Assembly (NCBI RefSeq): GCF_006345805.1
Contig: NC_043011.1
Span: 22,270,464 to 22,334,463 of the forward strand
Reading direction: 5' to 3'
Length of the DNA: 64,000 nt
DNA from: Octopus sinensis
Taxonomy: Eukaryota
This document shows positions 27,344 to 41,619 of this stretch, one piece after another (within the stretch, counting starts at the first letter, position 1; each line of letters begins with the position of its first letter). Both the position numbers and the translations under genes were made by a program. A model generated the notes under the pieces. That model made no database searches and was not told where the DNA came from. It worked only from the letters and a program-made list of their open reading frames with translations.

Positions 27344-27707
27344 CTTGAAGAACTCTTTGGCAATCCCATAGGTCTATCATTAACATCGCGACGAGCAGTT
27401 CGTGGAGTAAGAGATCCTTCTTTGTTTGGAGTTCTAGAACCATCTTTACAAGGAGTACACAAACCATCTTTTTTAAGTCCATTAACCTCTGATACACCCA
27501 TTAAATCAGCAGCTAAAGTGGCATCGGTAACCGTAGTAACTGGTGTAGGAGGGGAACAAGTCAATTTGCTATCATTTGAAGAATTTTGTTTAGATTTGGT
27601 AGTTAAAGGTGTTGTTACTTCAGAAGAATTAGGTTGCTGATCAGCAGAGCTTTTACAACTGGAACCATCTTTCAAGTTCTTAGATAATAATACATCTTTC
27701 TTGGCAG
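27344..27707 (-). CDS. HBS1L: HBS1-like GTPase exon, S/T/P/K-rich linker (AAKKDVLLSK...MGLPKSSS)
   Basis: 364 nt open frame (part of ORF 27340-27792) with a TTCTTCCAG acceptor and GTAAGG donor. Phase 1->2 matches the next exon. This is the most 5' exon found. Confidence 0.85.
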
Positions 27708-27774
27708 CTGGAAGAACAACAATAATAATATTAATAATACTAATATTAATAATAATAATAATAATAATAATAGT

Positions 27775-27986
27775 AGTTTCAAATTTTGGCACAATGCCAG
27801 CAATTTTGTGGGAGAGGAGTTAATTACATTGACCTCTGTGTCCAACTGGTACTTATTTTATTGACCTCCAAAAGGATGAAAGGCAAGGTGGACGGTGGCA
27901 GAGTTTGAACTCAGAACATAAAGTTGGAAGAAATGCCGCTAAGCAATTTTCCCAGCAAAGTAAGGATTCTGTCAGCTTGCCACCTA

Positions 27987-28038
<52 letters not shown>

Positions 28039-28934
28039 GTTTCAAATTTTGGTATGAGGCCAGCAATTTTGGGGGAGGGTGCTAGTCGATTACATCAACC
28101 CTGGTGTTCAACTGGTACTTAATTTATCAACTCTGAAAGGAATGAAAGGCAAGGCAAAGTTGACCTCAGTGGGATTTGAACTCAGAATGTAATGATGGAT
28201 GAAATGCTGCTAAGCATTTTGCCCAGTGTGCTAATGATTCTGACATCTTGCCGCCTTAATAATAATAATAATGGTTTCAAATTTTGCCACAAGGGCAGCA
28301 ATTTTTTTCGGGGGGGGGGGGGAGTTAATTACATCAACCCCCAGTTTTTAACTGGTACTTATTTTTATCGACTCCTCCAAAGAGATGAAAGGCAAAGTTG
28401 ACCTTGGCAGAATTTGAACTCAGAATGGAGCAATGGGTGAAATACTGCTAAGCATTTCGTCCAGCATGCTAACGATTCAGCCAGCTCACTGCCTTAATCT
28501 TCATCATCATCAACATCATCTTCGTTTAGCGTCCGCTTTCCATGCTAGCATGGGTTGGACGGTTCAACTGGGGTCTGGGAAGCCAGAAGGCTGCACCAGG
28601 CCCAGTCTGATCTGGCAATGTTTCTACGGCTGGATGCTCTTCCTAATGCCAACCACTCCATGAGTGTAGTGGGTGCTTTTTACGTGCCACCGGCACAGGA
28701 TAATAATAATGATAATAATAATCCTTTCTATTAAAGGCACAAAGCCTGAAATTTCGGGGGAGGGGGTAAATTAATTACATCAAGCACAGTGCTCTACTGG
28801 TACTTTTATTGACCCCCCAAAAGATGAAAGGCAAAGTCAACCTCGGCGGAATTTGAACTCAGAATGTAGCGATGGGCAAAATACTGCTAAGCACTTTGCC
28901 TGGCGTGCTAATGACTCTGCCAGCTCACCACCTT
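27775..28934 (-). mobile_element. Cluster of four SINE B copies separated by (AAT)n
   Basis: Repeated GGTTTCAAATTTTG...GGATGAAAGGCAAAG...TTTGAACTCAGAA...GCCAGCTC units. Confidence 0.8.
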
Positions 28935-28947
28935 AATAATAATGATA

Positions 28948-29190
28948 AATGATCCATCATGTCCACTTGATTCCAGAATTGTAAAGAAAGAAGATGAAAT
29001 ATTTAAAAAATACAATCCCTTAAAATTTGAAATTGTAAGAATTTGGAATATGAAGATATTAAAAGTTGTGCCTATAATAAATGGTGCATTGGGAACTGTG
29101 TGCGTAGATATAGACAAATGATTGATAGAGATTGAAATAAAATGCCCTGGAGAGCTTCTACAGAAAGTTTGCCTCTTAGGGACAGGAAAG
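28948..29190 (+). mobile_element. R4/Dong-like non-LTR fragment (RLE C-terminus)
   Basis: DPSCPLDSRIVKKEDEIFKKYNPLKFEIVRIWNMK..KVVPIINGALG...LLQKVCLLGT, next to (TAA)n. Confidence 0.7.
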
Positions 29191-30767
29191 CACTTGTGGA
29201 TAACAAAGGTACAGCTAGTAATCTGCTACTCACATAAATTCTACTAGATATAAGAATGAACCTGAGTCAAATCAACCAGAACATATATATCTGTTTGTCC
29301 TCTCTGTGTTTAGCCCCTTGTGGGTAGTAAAGAAATAGGTATGAGCTGGATAGGTCATCACAGTTCAAGTTAAGCTTTTGTTTGGGGTTACTGTCCTCTT
29401 AGATATGACCAAGAGGCTATGCCTATCTCATCTGTTTTCATTTTGGCATGGTTTTCTATGGTTGGACACCCTTTCTAATGCCAACCATTTTACAGAGTGC
29501 ATTGGCTGCATCTTTTGTGGAATCAACACCAATATTTCTGTTTTCTTTTGTTTATCAACCACTTCACAATATGTAAAAGTTTCTGCCCAATTTCCATCAA
29601 CTGAATTTCACTCACAAGTTATTGGTCAACTCAAGACTATGGTCATCATCATCATTTAACATCCACTTTTCCATGCTTGCATGGGTCAGATGGAATTTGT
29701 TGAGGCAGATTGTCTATGGCTGGATGCCCCCTCCTGTTGCCAACCCTCACCTGTTTTCAAGGAAGGTAATATTTCCCCATGGCAAGACATGTTTTTCATG
29801 CAAAACTAGAGATAAAAAACATCAACTGTATGATGATAATGATGATGATGATGATGATGATAATGCTCATTTTCAACTTTTCAACCATGACATGATGTCA
29901 AAACAAGTGTACACTCCCCCCCCCACTCTCTCTCTAGATAGATATATCAGATTAGATAGATATACTGTGGGCTTCTTTAAGTTTCCATTTACCAAATCCA
30001 CTCAGAAGCTTCTGGTTGTCCCAGGGCTACAGTAGAAAATATTTGGCCAAGGTATTGTACAGTAGGACTGAACCTGAGACTACATGGTTGGGAAGCAAGC
30101 TTCTTAACCACACAGCCATGCTTTTGCTTCTAATAATAGTAATTGTTTCTAATTTAGGTATAAAGCTAGAAAATTTAAGGGTGGGGTTAGTTAGTCACAT
30201 TATTTGACTGGCAAAGTTGATCTTAGTGGGATTTGAACTCAAAATACATAGTACAAGGTATTTTTCCAACACTCTTCTTTTCTTCCAGCTGGTCACTCTA
30301 TTATTATTATTATTATTGAGTGAGAGAGCAGTACATGCCATCAAAGTGAGACTGGGGTAAAATATACGAAGCCCAGTATACCTATCATGACTACCTGTCT
30401 GATAAGGGTACACCAGGCACATGCATCACAACCATATGTGTGCGACATGGTGATCTCATATCAAGACAAACAGCGCATGACCTTGCAGGTGGGGCCCAGT
30501 TAGAATTTTCTTCTGGTCAAGTAGCCCATCCCGCTCAAAAGGTACCTGAATAAGGATTATTTAAGGATGTTGAATGAAACACCCATTTCCAAAGGTGAAT
30601 TATCCAAACCCCAAAGAATTACTCTCAACACATGGTTATGATGCTCCCCCACTACTTCTGCTTGTGATCAGAGATGCACATATCATCAGCCACTAATTGA
30701 CATGGTCAACTGGTTTAGGTCAAACAAGCAAATCTGTGGTAATGAGCAGAATATTTGCTGTAGCCCA

Positions 30768-30805
<38 letters not shown>

Positions 30806-31329
30806 GCAAGCACATAGGGCAAAATGCTTAGCAGTGTTTCATCTGTCTTTATGTTCTGAGTTCAAATTCTGCCAAGGTTGATTTTACCTTTCATCTTTCC
30901 AGGATCAGTAAGATATGTACCAGTTGAGCACTGGGGTTGATGTAATCACTTTATCCTCTTCCCCAAACTTGTTGGCCATGAGCCAAAATTTGAAATCATT
31001 ATTATTATGCAAGCTGGCAGAATTGTTGGCATGTCAGACAAAATGCTTGTCAGCATCTCATCTGTTTTTACATTCTGAGTTCAAATTCCACCAAGGTCAA
31101 CTTTACTTTTAATCCTTTTGGGATCAATGAAATAAGTACTAGTTGAACACTGGGGTCAATATAATCAATTCGCCACCCCCTACAAAGTTCAGGCCTCGTG
31201 CCTATGGTAGAAAGGATTATTATTATTATTATTATTAACCCATGCTAGCATGGAAAACGGACGCTAAATGATGATGATGATTATTAATAATTATAATAAT
31301 AATAATAATAATAATAACAACAACAATAA

Positions 31330-31360
<31 letters not shown>

Positions 31361-31730
31361 TCAAATTTTTGCCACAAGGCCAGCTTGGGGAAGGTGGGGA
31401 TGAGTCAATTAAATCGACCCCAGTATTCAACTGGTACTTATTTTATTGACCCCAAAAGGATGAAAAACCAAATTCAACCTCGGGAGAATTTGAACTCAGA
31501 ACATAGTAACAGGCAGAATACCGCTAAGCATGTTACTCAGTGTGCTAATGATTTTGCCAGCTCGCCACTATAATAATAATAATGGTTTCAAATTTTGCCT
31601 GTGCCTGGTATACCCTTATCAAATGGGTAGTCAGGATGGATATATTGGGCTTCATATATTTGTACCCCAGTGTCACTTTGAAGGCATGTGCTGCTCTCTC
31701 ATAATAATAATGATAATAATAATAATAATA

Positions 31731-32704
31731 AAACTGCTAAAACTGCTGCCTTAGATATTCTGAATGATAAATGGCAAGAAAAACCTCTCTATGGCAAATA
31801 CCCAAAGAGAGCGAATAATGCAGATGTTGACAAAGCCCTGACCCATCAATGGCTAATGGCCTCTGGCTTAAAATCTGAAACAGAAGGGTTTCTCATAGCA
31901 GCTCAAGATCAATGCCTACCAACAAGAAACTACCAGGCCCAACATGTCATGTATGTCAACAACAAAATGAAACCATTGATCATGTTGTCTCCAAGTGCAG
32001 TCTTCTAGTGCCTACAGAGTATCTCAACAGGCATGATAGAGCTGCACAATATATTCACTGGGTAATCTGAAAAAACCTGGATCTGCCCCATGAAAAAAAC
32101 TGGTGGGAACACAAACCACCTCCATTGCTTGAAAATGACCACATCTCACTCCTCTGGAACTTCCCCATTCAAACTAACAGAAAGATAGATGCAAATAGGC
32201 CAGACATCATATTGAAAGACTTCAAACAAAGAACATGCCTCCTCATTGATATGACTGTCCCAATTGATATAAACGTATCTGTCAAGACCTACCAAAAACT
32301 GAGCAAATATAAAGATCTGGAAATAGAAATCAGCAAAATGTGGAACCTGAAGACTAAAACAATACCTGTTGTCATAGGTGCCCTGGGAATGATAGCAAAA
32401 GGGGCTGACCGCTACTTAACTCAGATACCAGGAAATCCCAAAATGGCAGAAATTCAAAAGATAGTGCTCATGGGAACTGCTCATATCCTACGCAAAATAC
32501 TTTCTATGTAATCTCAAGTTTTAAAACAAACATACTTTTCGTTCTTTTTTTTTTTGACATTCACTAGTACAACACTAAATACAAAACCAAATATATGGCA
32601 CACTAGGCATAACAACATCATGAACTTCCAACCTGTTGTCTCTTGAGGTCTCTGGGTGAGACTTGGAGCCAACTTGTACAAATATAAAGCAAAAGTCAAA
32701 CGTA

Positions 32705-32705
<1 letters not shown>
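31731..32705 (+). mobile_element. 5'-truncated R4/Dong-clade retrotransposon in a (TAA)n microsatellite
   Basis: LKSETEGFLIAAQDQ, CCHC knuckle CHVCQQQNETIDHVVSKC, RHD, and RLE motifs NRPDI..D..K.C.LIDMTVP...KYKDL...PVVIGALG. It has a frameshift and a stop, with (TAA)n on both sides. Confidence 0.9.
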
Positions 32706-32734
<29 letters not shown>

Positions 32735-32736
<2 letters not shown>

Positions 32737-33639
32737 GTTTCAAATTTTGGCACAAGGCCAGTAATTTTGGGGAGGGGGAGGGGCTGAATACATCGACCCC
32801 AGTACTTATTTTATCAACCCAGAATGGATGAAAGGCAATGCTATCTTTGGCGGAATTTGAACTCAGAACATAGTGATGGGCGAAATACCGCTAAGCATTT
32901 TGTCTAGCATGTTAATGATTCTGCCAGCTCACCACCTTAATAATAATGATGGTCTCTGATTTAGGTACAAGACCAGCAATTTTGAGGAGAGAGGATTAGT
33001 TGTTACCATCATCTTCAATATTTGATTGAGGCTTTATTTTATTGACCCTGGAGGGATGACAGGCAAAGTTGATCCCAGCTGAAACTGAACTCAGATTGTA
33101 AAGTGCCTGAACAAATACTACTGCAAGGCAACACTAATAATAATGGATTCAAATTTTGGCACAAGGCCAGCAATTTTAAGGGAGGGAGCTAGTTGATTAC
33201 ATCAACCCCAGTGCTCAACGAGCACTTATTCCATCGACCTCAAAAGAATTAAAGCAAAGTCGACCTTGATAGAATTTGAACTCAGAATATAAAGACAGAC
33301 AAAATGCTGCTCAGCATTCTGTCTGGCGTGCTGGCGATTCTAACCAGCTCACTGCCTTAAAAAAAAACAATAATAATAATAATAGTAATAATGATGATGA
33401 TGATTGTTTAAAATTTTGGTTAGATCAATCCCAGTACATGATCAGTACTTTATTTTATGGTCCCTGAAGGGATAAAAGACAGAGTTGACCCCAGTAGTGG
33501 GATTTGAACATAGAACCAGAAGAAATGCTGCTAAACATTTTGTCTGGTGTGCTAAGGATTCTGCTAGCTTGCTGCTGCTACTGCACCACCACCACCACCA
33601 TCACCACAGCTGCTGCTGATAATAATAATAATAATAATA

Positions 33640-33673
<34 letters not shown>

Positions 33674-34110
33674 GTTTCAAATTTTGGCACAAGGCCGAAA
33701 ATTTTGAGGAGGGAATAAGTTGATTACATCAACCCCAGTGTGCAACTAGTACTTATTTTACTGACCCTGAAAGGATGAGAGGCAAAGTTGACCTCAAGGG
33801 TATTTGAACTCAGAATCTAAAGACAGGTGAAATGCTTATCAGCATTTTGCCTAAATTCTGCCAGCTCACCACTTTAGTAATAATGATAATAATAATAATA
33901 ATGGTTTCAAATTTTGGCACAAGGCCAGCAATTTTGGGGGAGAGGCTAAGTCAATTAAATCGACCCCAGTGCTCAACTGGTACTTATTTTCTCAACCCTG
34001 GAAAGGCAATGTCAACTCTGACGGAATTTGAACTCAGAACGTAAAGATGGACAAAATATCGCTAAGCATTGCACCCAGCGTGCTAACAATTCTGTCAGCT
34101 CACTGCCCTT
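32735..34110 (-). mobile_element. Cluster of about six SINE B copies interleaved with (AAT)n
   Basis: Same unit as 27775-28934, arranged head-to-tail. Confidence 0.8.
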
Positions 34111-34801
34111 ATAAATAATAATAATAATAATAAAAACTATCATAATAGTTCCTCATATAGGGACAAAGCTAAGGATTTTTAGAGAGGAGAAATAATTGAA
34201 TGTAGTATTCATACTGTTCCTAACATCATTAGCAATATAACAGTTGATTTGAACATAGAATCAATATACAGGATTGTAAAATTCACTTATTTGCTTTTTG
34301 TCTTTTAATGTTGAATCTAATCACATCAAAACTCATATTAATAACTAATGTTTCTTTAAGATTTTGCTACTTCTCTTTACTTGGTTTACCAACTGGTCTG
34401 CCCAATCATGTTTGCTAATAGAGCTATTGTTTTACCTTTGTGTATATATGTATGCACATATATATCTATATCTATATCTATATATATGTAATTATTAATA
34501 TTAGGGAAGTTATTTCCGAGTCCACAAGGACAATTTAATATATGATTCAGAATAGTAATTGTAGATATTAATTTTGATAAGATTTAATCTTATATATCTC
34601 TATCATAGATAATGTTCAATGTTGATTGAGTTGCTTGAAGGTGGTTCTGTCTCTTAAATCTATCTATCTATCTATATATGTATGTGTGTGTGTGTGTGTG
34701 TGTGTATGAATGTGTGTGTGTGCATATATATATATATATATATATGAATGTGTGTGTGTGTGTGTGTGTATATGAATGTGTGTGTGTATATATATATATG
34801 A

Positions 34802-34833
<32 letters not shown>

Positions 34834-36003
34834 ATGTGTGTACTGTCATGCAAATGGTGCCCTTTATTTCCAAACTTTTGCAACATGTGCAGTCATAGGA
34901 AAAGATTAGATTACATGAAAACAGGTGAGGGTTGGCGACAAGCAGAGCAACGAGGTGTAGAAAATTTGTCTCCACATTTTCTGTCTGACTTATGCAAGCA
35001 TGGATTTGTGGACATTAAAATGATGATGATGATGATATGTATATGTGTGTGTGTGTGTGTGTGCAAATATATTTTCTGTTATTCTTTTAGATGTTTCAGC
35101 CCACAGGCTGCAGCCATGCTGGGGCATCGCCAGTAATAAATGTAAAGATGGACATAATACTGCTAAGCATTTTGTTTGGCTTCTGAGAGTGTATGCGTGT
35201 ATGAATAAATGTTATCAAAGGTACCAAAATGGTGTCTCTTACAGAAAAATGGATTTGATCCCAAGGAGAAGGTTTTTTGGTTATTCATCATCATCATCGT
35301 TTAATGTCCGCTTTCCATGCTAGCATGGGTTGGATGGTTCAACTGGGGTCTGGGAAGCCCGAAGGCTGCACCAGGCCAGTCAGATCTGGCAGTGTTTCTA
35401 CAGCTGGATGCCCTTCCTAATACCAACCACTCTGTGAGTGTAGTGGGTGCTTTTTACGTGCCACCGACACAGGTGCCAGACGAGGCTGACAAAAAAGAAA
35501 GATAATTTGCTATGTGAAATAACTCAACTTCCAGATCGCCAACATTGAATGCCTTTAGAAGCTGTCATTTCACACTCATGATAATCTGAGTATGTGTACA
35601 TTTGTATATGTGTGAGTGGGAGAAAGTGTATGCCACATCTTATAACTGTCTATCTACCTCTCTCTTATCTGTCTCTCTCAGTCTTTAATGCTTTCCTTCT
35701 TTCTCTACATACATTTACCACATTCTCTCTCCCTCTCCTTCTGTGTACGTGTATCTCTCATGCTTGCTGCTTTCCACCTCTCTCCCTTCATATATGACAT
35801 GTAATGAAAGTCTGTCCATGCATCTCTCTCTATCTGCCTTTTATGCTTTTCTCACTGTAAACTTACCTCCTCTCTATATATATATATTTAGCACACACTC
35901 TCTCACTCTTTTTGCTGTATGTTTGTATATGTGTGTGTGTGTGTGTAAGGAATTTCATCACAACGACAGAGTTGAAACTCCCTGCTCAAAGCATCAGCAG
36001 TGA

Positions 36004-36357
36004 GCTCAGGAAACACCTGAACAGAGAAGGAATAGATTTGATGATATCCAAACACAAGTATCAATCACACAGTCGCAGGAGATCCCCTGAGCATAGGATG
36101 CACTGATTAGATGATAGGCACAGAGGAGCCTCCATCACACAGACTCAGGAGACAATGTCCCGTTTCAATTCAAACGACTTCAATTTCCAGTGAATCTTAG
36201 TTGTGACATGACCATCAACAAGTTGCAAAGACAAACATTTTCGATTGTCAGTTAACACCTTGAAGAGTCCTGCTTCAAGAGTAGAAAGTAAGAAAAATCT
36301 TTACATCTATGCACCAAATGCAAAAACAAAAAAAAACTTCGTTTATTGAGACACTAT
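36004..36357 (+). mobile_element. Internally deleted Helitron RepHel remnant (23-aa repeats joined to PIF1-helicase C-terminus)
   Basis: AQETPEQRRNRFDDIQTQVSITQ-type repeats are followed by DNVPFQFKRLQFPVNLSCDMTINKLQRQT...CF/SRVESKKNLYIYAPNAKTKKNFVY. Confidence 0.8.
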
Positions 36358-36607
36358 AAATTGCCCCAAATAATGGTGAAATCCATTGTAATCAAGAATT
36401 CTATCCTTCAGGGAAAGCATAGTCTAACATAGAATTAAAAAAATTGAAATAAAGATATTCTATTGTGAAAATTGCCAGCAAACACAAACTACTCAACCAA
36501 CACACATACACTTATATGTACATATGCACACATGGGCAAAATTTCTTTCTATGTTGCCTATCATGTTGGTGATCGGCATCCAACCCAGTGTATAAGAAAC
36601 TCCTTAA

Positions 36608-36828
36608 CCCTTTAGTGTTCAGAATACTCTGTTAAATGTAATACTTTTTCACTCAAATTGTTTTGAATTAATCATGCATTATCTTATAGCTTTGAGGTTT
36701 CAATGATGTGATTGCTTATTTTCAGAATGGCATTGTAGGTTAGGAGTGAGAGGCTAGATATCGCCAGTTTGAATATAAAACATGTAGAATATATTGGGCC
36801 GGATTTGGCCGGTTTAAACACTAAAGGG
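36608..36828. mobile_element. piggyBac-like MITE, complete (221 bp)
   Basis: TTAA TSDs and a perfect 12-bp TIR CCCTTTAGTGTT/AACACTAAAGGG. Confidence 0.85.
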
Positions 36829-39800
36829 TTAAAGTTACCAATCAAAGTGGCAAGGGATTTCAAATATTTGATGAAGGGATAGTATAATTTAAGATTAATT
36901 TCTTAAATTGATCAACATGGAATTATTTGGTTATTCATGTAAGGTTTATGTGAAGGTTTTAAAACACTGTAAATAAATTTTGCCAGTTTACCAAGAGCAG
37001 AATGTATAACTACAGCTGTCCAATAGCAAAATCAGTATTACTCTCTTGCTTCTTTTAATGGCATTAACTATTAAACATAACACAATTTGTACAACAGTAT
37101 TCTGACTAACTTGGTAACAGGCCTGGCTGTATGGTTATGAAGCTCACTTCATGACCATATGCTTTTAGGTTCACTCCCAATGTGTAGAACCTTGGGCGAA
37201 TGTCTTGTCTTGGGTTAACCAATACCACATGAGTGAAATTTGGTGAATGGAAATTGTATAGAAGCTCTTCATGTGTATGTGTGTATGATGGAACTGGAGA
37301 GACACTGGAAGACATGGGATGAAGTACTGAAGGCCAATCTCAAGACACTAAGCCTTATGAAGGCGGTAACAAAGGACTGAGATATCTGGCACCTTGCTGT
37401 ACTCAAGAAGACCTGCCTGCCACAGCAGAATTGATGAGTGCTGGTGCCACATAAAAAGCACCCAGTACACTATGTGGAGTAGTTGATGTTAGGAAGGGCA
37501 TTCAGCCCTAGAAACCATGCCAGAACTGACATTGGAGACTGGTGCAATCTTCGGCCTAACCAGCTCCAGTCAAACCACCCAACCCATGCCAGCATTGAAA
37601 ACAAATGTTAAATGATGATGATGATTATATATGAATGATCTAACTGATTTCAAAGAGACTGGTGATGGTCTGCACTTGCATGACGTGTATTATTTAGTAA
37701 AACTGAGAAAAAGAGTACACTGAATTTGCTATGGGGAGAATCTTTACAACAAAATCTACATTAGAGAGAAATAAACATGGAATTTAACATATATTCCTAA
37801 GGTAAAATTTTCTTCTAAATATTTTGATATTTGCCCAGTTGTTGCTCTGTAATCAGAAGTATGGTTGAGTAAATCAGTTGGATTACCAGTTCATATGTCA
37901 AAAGTTGATATCTGTTAGAAACATTTTGTTTGTCGTTTGGCATTGACAATTCTATCTGCCTAAATTTATATAACTGCAGAAAATAAGTAACTTCTATGGA
38001 TTTGTGTCCTAGACAGGGTAATACTTAGCTCTTATCTGCTCCATGCTAATGAATCCACAGCAAAGAACCAATTGTATTAGCTTTGTTCAATTGGTTTATG
38101 CAGTCCTTTATCATCAATCATATACATAGCTGATAAGCTGACTCTAGAATTGTGCTAATTCAAACTCTGCCGTAGGTATTATGTTGTTATATTGCATCCT
38201 TGAACACCAGTTATTTCAGTTTACCTCAGTGGCTAACTATCAACAAACACAGATATTGATAAAGCGGTGATGTTAGGGATGATATCATCATCATCATATT
38301 ATTATTGTGTGTTAAGGCAGTGAGCTGGCAGAATTGTTAGCACATCAGGTGAAATGCTTAGTGGCGTTTCTTCTGCATTGACGATCTGAATTCAAATTTT
38401 GCGGAGGTCAATTTTGCCTTTCATCCTTTTGGGTTCGATAAATTAAATACCAGTGAAACACTGGGGTTGATTACATTGACTTGCCTCCTCCCCACAAAAA
38501 ATTCAGGCCTTGTGCTTATAATAGAAAGGATTATTATTATTGTGAACCCCTACACAAATTATTGTTCTTGTGATGTGCTCCTCATCTGTGCCACTGTGGC
38601 TAATAAAAGAACTCATTATTATCATTAAATACACTAATAAAAACATCTAAATGTGTAACTTGACCAATCACATTGTCTTTACAAGAATTCATAGCATTCA
38701 TGCTCATTGGGGCATTTGAGTTGAAAAAGAGTCAATCACTGATGTATTACATATGCTTTCCTAGATAAAAAAATATTGGTTTCAAATTTTGGCACAAGTG
38801 GGTAAGTTGATTACATCAGTCCTGGTACTCAAGTGGTACTTATTTTATCAGCTCCGAAAGGATGAAAAGCAAAGTCTGACTAGGCAGCATTTGAACTCAG
38901 AATGTAAAGACGGACAAAATGTCATTAAGCAGTTTGCCTGTTATGATCATGATTCAGCCTGTTTGCTACCTTCAAAGATGAAAAATATTAACAAAGTTAT
39001 CTATTCTCAGCTGATAAAGTAAAGGTAGTTTTTTTCTTCTTTTCAATCTTAAAATCTGTAAGCTTTTGAATATATTTTCTGTGAATCAAGTTTAATTTAC
39101 CCACTTGAATTAGATATATAATTATCTGGACAAAAGAATAATTACTGTTAAAAGACAGAGGTACAAACATGGTTTTTGAACATGTGGTATTGAATATAAT
39201 AAAAACTATTAATGATTAACTAATTTCAGTCATTATACTGTGGCCATACTGGGGTACTGCTTTAGTCAAATGAATTAACCCTAGTATTTATTTTATTAAA
39301 CCTAGTTCTTATTCTACCAGTCTCTTTGCCAAACTGCTAAGTTACAGGGATGTAAATACACCAACACTGGTTGTCAAGTGTGGAGGAGGGGACACACACA
39401 CACACATCTACATACATGATGGGCCTCTTTCAGTTTCCATCTACCGAATCATCTAACAAGACTTTGGTTGGCCTGAGGCCATAGCAGAAGACGCTGAAGG
39501 TGCCATGCAGTGGGACCGAACCTGAAACCATGTGGTTGGGAAACAAACTTCTTGCCACACAGCTATGTCTGCACCTATCAATATTTTCTAAGATGAAAGA
39601 AAACCAATACTCTTGGGCCACCATTGGTGTAATCATCCTTTTTTTTTTTTGCTGGAATAGATTGTGTGTGTCTCACAGTAACTCAGGCATAGTTTTTGCA
39701 GCAGGTTGTTCTTCTTATCACAACTACTTTACAACACAGATTGGGCAAGTTTTGAGTGCCACCAGTGTTCTGCCACTGGACCCCACAGATGTTGACTATG

Positions 39801-41236
39801 ACGCAGCTAAAGAGTCCATACTACTTCGTATCAGTTTGGTTTTTGGATGGGTTACCTACATACAGCTTGTTGAGTCCATATTTTCTCGGTTTGTTCTCTC
39901 CTTTTTCTTTGGCATGTTTTATACAGGTGGATGTCCTTCCTGTTACCAATAAAGAGGATAGTATCCATTTTATCATGTCAACAGCACTAGAGGTATTCAT
40001 TTTGGCTGGACTAATGAATCATTTGTCCTGTAATAAATTTTTGTTTAGTTCTAAATGGGTTGCCTGCATGTGATTTGCAGAATCCACATCTCTTCGATTC
40101 TTTCTTTGATAAATGGGAAGAGAATTCTCTTGAGATGGTTAGGAGGCTATCCATGATGCAGGCCACTGTCATCATTTAACATTCACATTTCCATGCTTGC
40201 TTGGGTCTAATGGAATTTGTTGATACATATTTTGAATGGCTGGATACCCTTCCTGTCACCAACCTTCACTTGTTTACATGTAAGGTAATATTTCTCATGT
40301 ATTTTACACAAAACTGAAAAACAAATAAAATCACTTGTATGGGAGTGATGCTCATTAACAACTATCATATGATGTCAAAACAAGAGTACATACAAGCACA
40401 CACAAACACACGTGTGACAGGTTTCTTTCAAATCCATTCACAAGGCTTTGATTGGCCCATGGCTATGGTAGAAGACACTTGCCCAAGGTGTTGTACAGTG
40501 GGTACGAAACCAAAACTGTCATTTTTTGGGAAGAAAGGTTCTTAAACACACAGCCATGCCTGTGTCCCCCACCCACGTACATGTGTGTGTATGAGTGGTG
40601 TTCTCATATTTCCCTGCTTTGACATCATGTGCTAGTTATAAACAAATGTCACCATCATACCAGCAGTGTTGTTCCCCTGTACTCTTCTGTGAAAACATGT
40701 CCAGCCATTGTGCTGTTTATATTTGAAGACTTAGAGAAAATATTACCTTGTATGGAGGCAAGTGAGGGTTGGCAACACAAAGAGCATAAGGTCATAGAAA
40801 AATCTGCCTCAATGAATTTTTCTGACCTATGCAAGCATGGAAAAGTGAATGTTAAAACAACAATGAGGGTGATACTCCCCCTCCCACTGTATACACACAC
40901 AGATAATATATATATATATATATATACTATTTTTTATTTATGCACCCTTTTCAAGCTTAGCCAGGCTCATGGGCCTAGTTTCCTGGTTTCTATGGTGTAT
41001 GTGTTCCCCCCAGCTGGACAGGATGCCAGTCCATCGCAGCATTACTCAAGAAACAGGAAGAAAGAGTGAGAGAAAGTTGGGGCGAAACAGTACAACAGGG
41101 GTTGCCACCACCCCCTGCCGGAGCCTCATGGAGCTTTAGGTGTTTTCGCTCAATAAACACACACAACGCCCAGTCTGGGAATTAAAACAGCGATCCTCTG
41201 ACCACGAGTCCGCTGCCATAACCACTGGGCCATTGC

Positions 41237-41291
<55 letters not shown>

Positions 41292-41619
41292 TGATTCAAT
41301 GGCCTGTTACTGATTCTACACACATATGCACAGGTGAAGTAAAGAGATATATCAGAGATACTTTGCCTCCAAGCAGAACTGTTGGAGCTACTTATAGATG
41401 ATGATTAAAGCATTCACATTGTAGGAAATCTTTGTGTAACTTCAGTACATATTACAGGATAACAAGTGTTTTGTCCTTTATATGATATGCTTCACCTGAA
41501 TGGGGCAGCAAGGACCAAATTAGTCTTTTCCTGCAAAAGGGTTCCATTTGCCAACTCTAGTGAACTACAACCACCCTGAACTGATTTCAGCTTCAATATC
41601 TTCCTAGAGACATTCTCAA

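Noticed and set aside
37626-37670. Minus-strand PSP peptide as the Ski7-like exosome-binding motif
   Set aside because: It reads PSPVSLK rather than PFDF..PSPDD, and there is no long upstream ORF.
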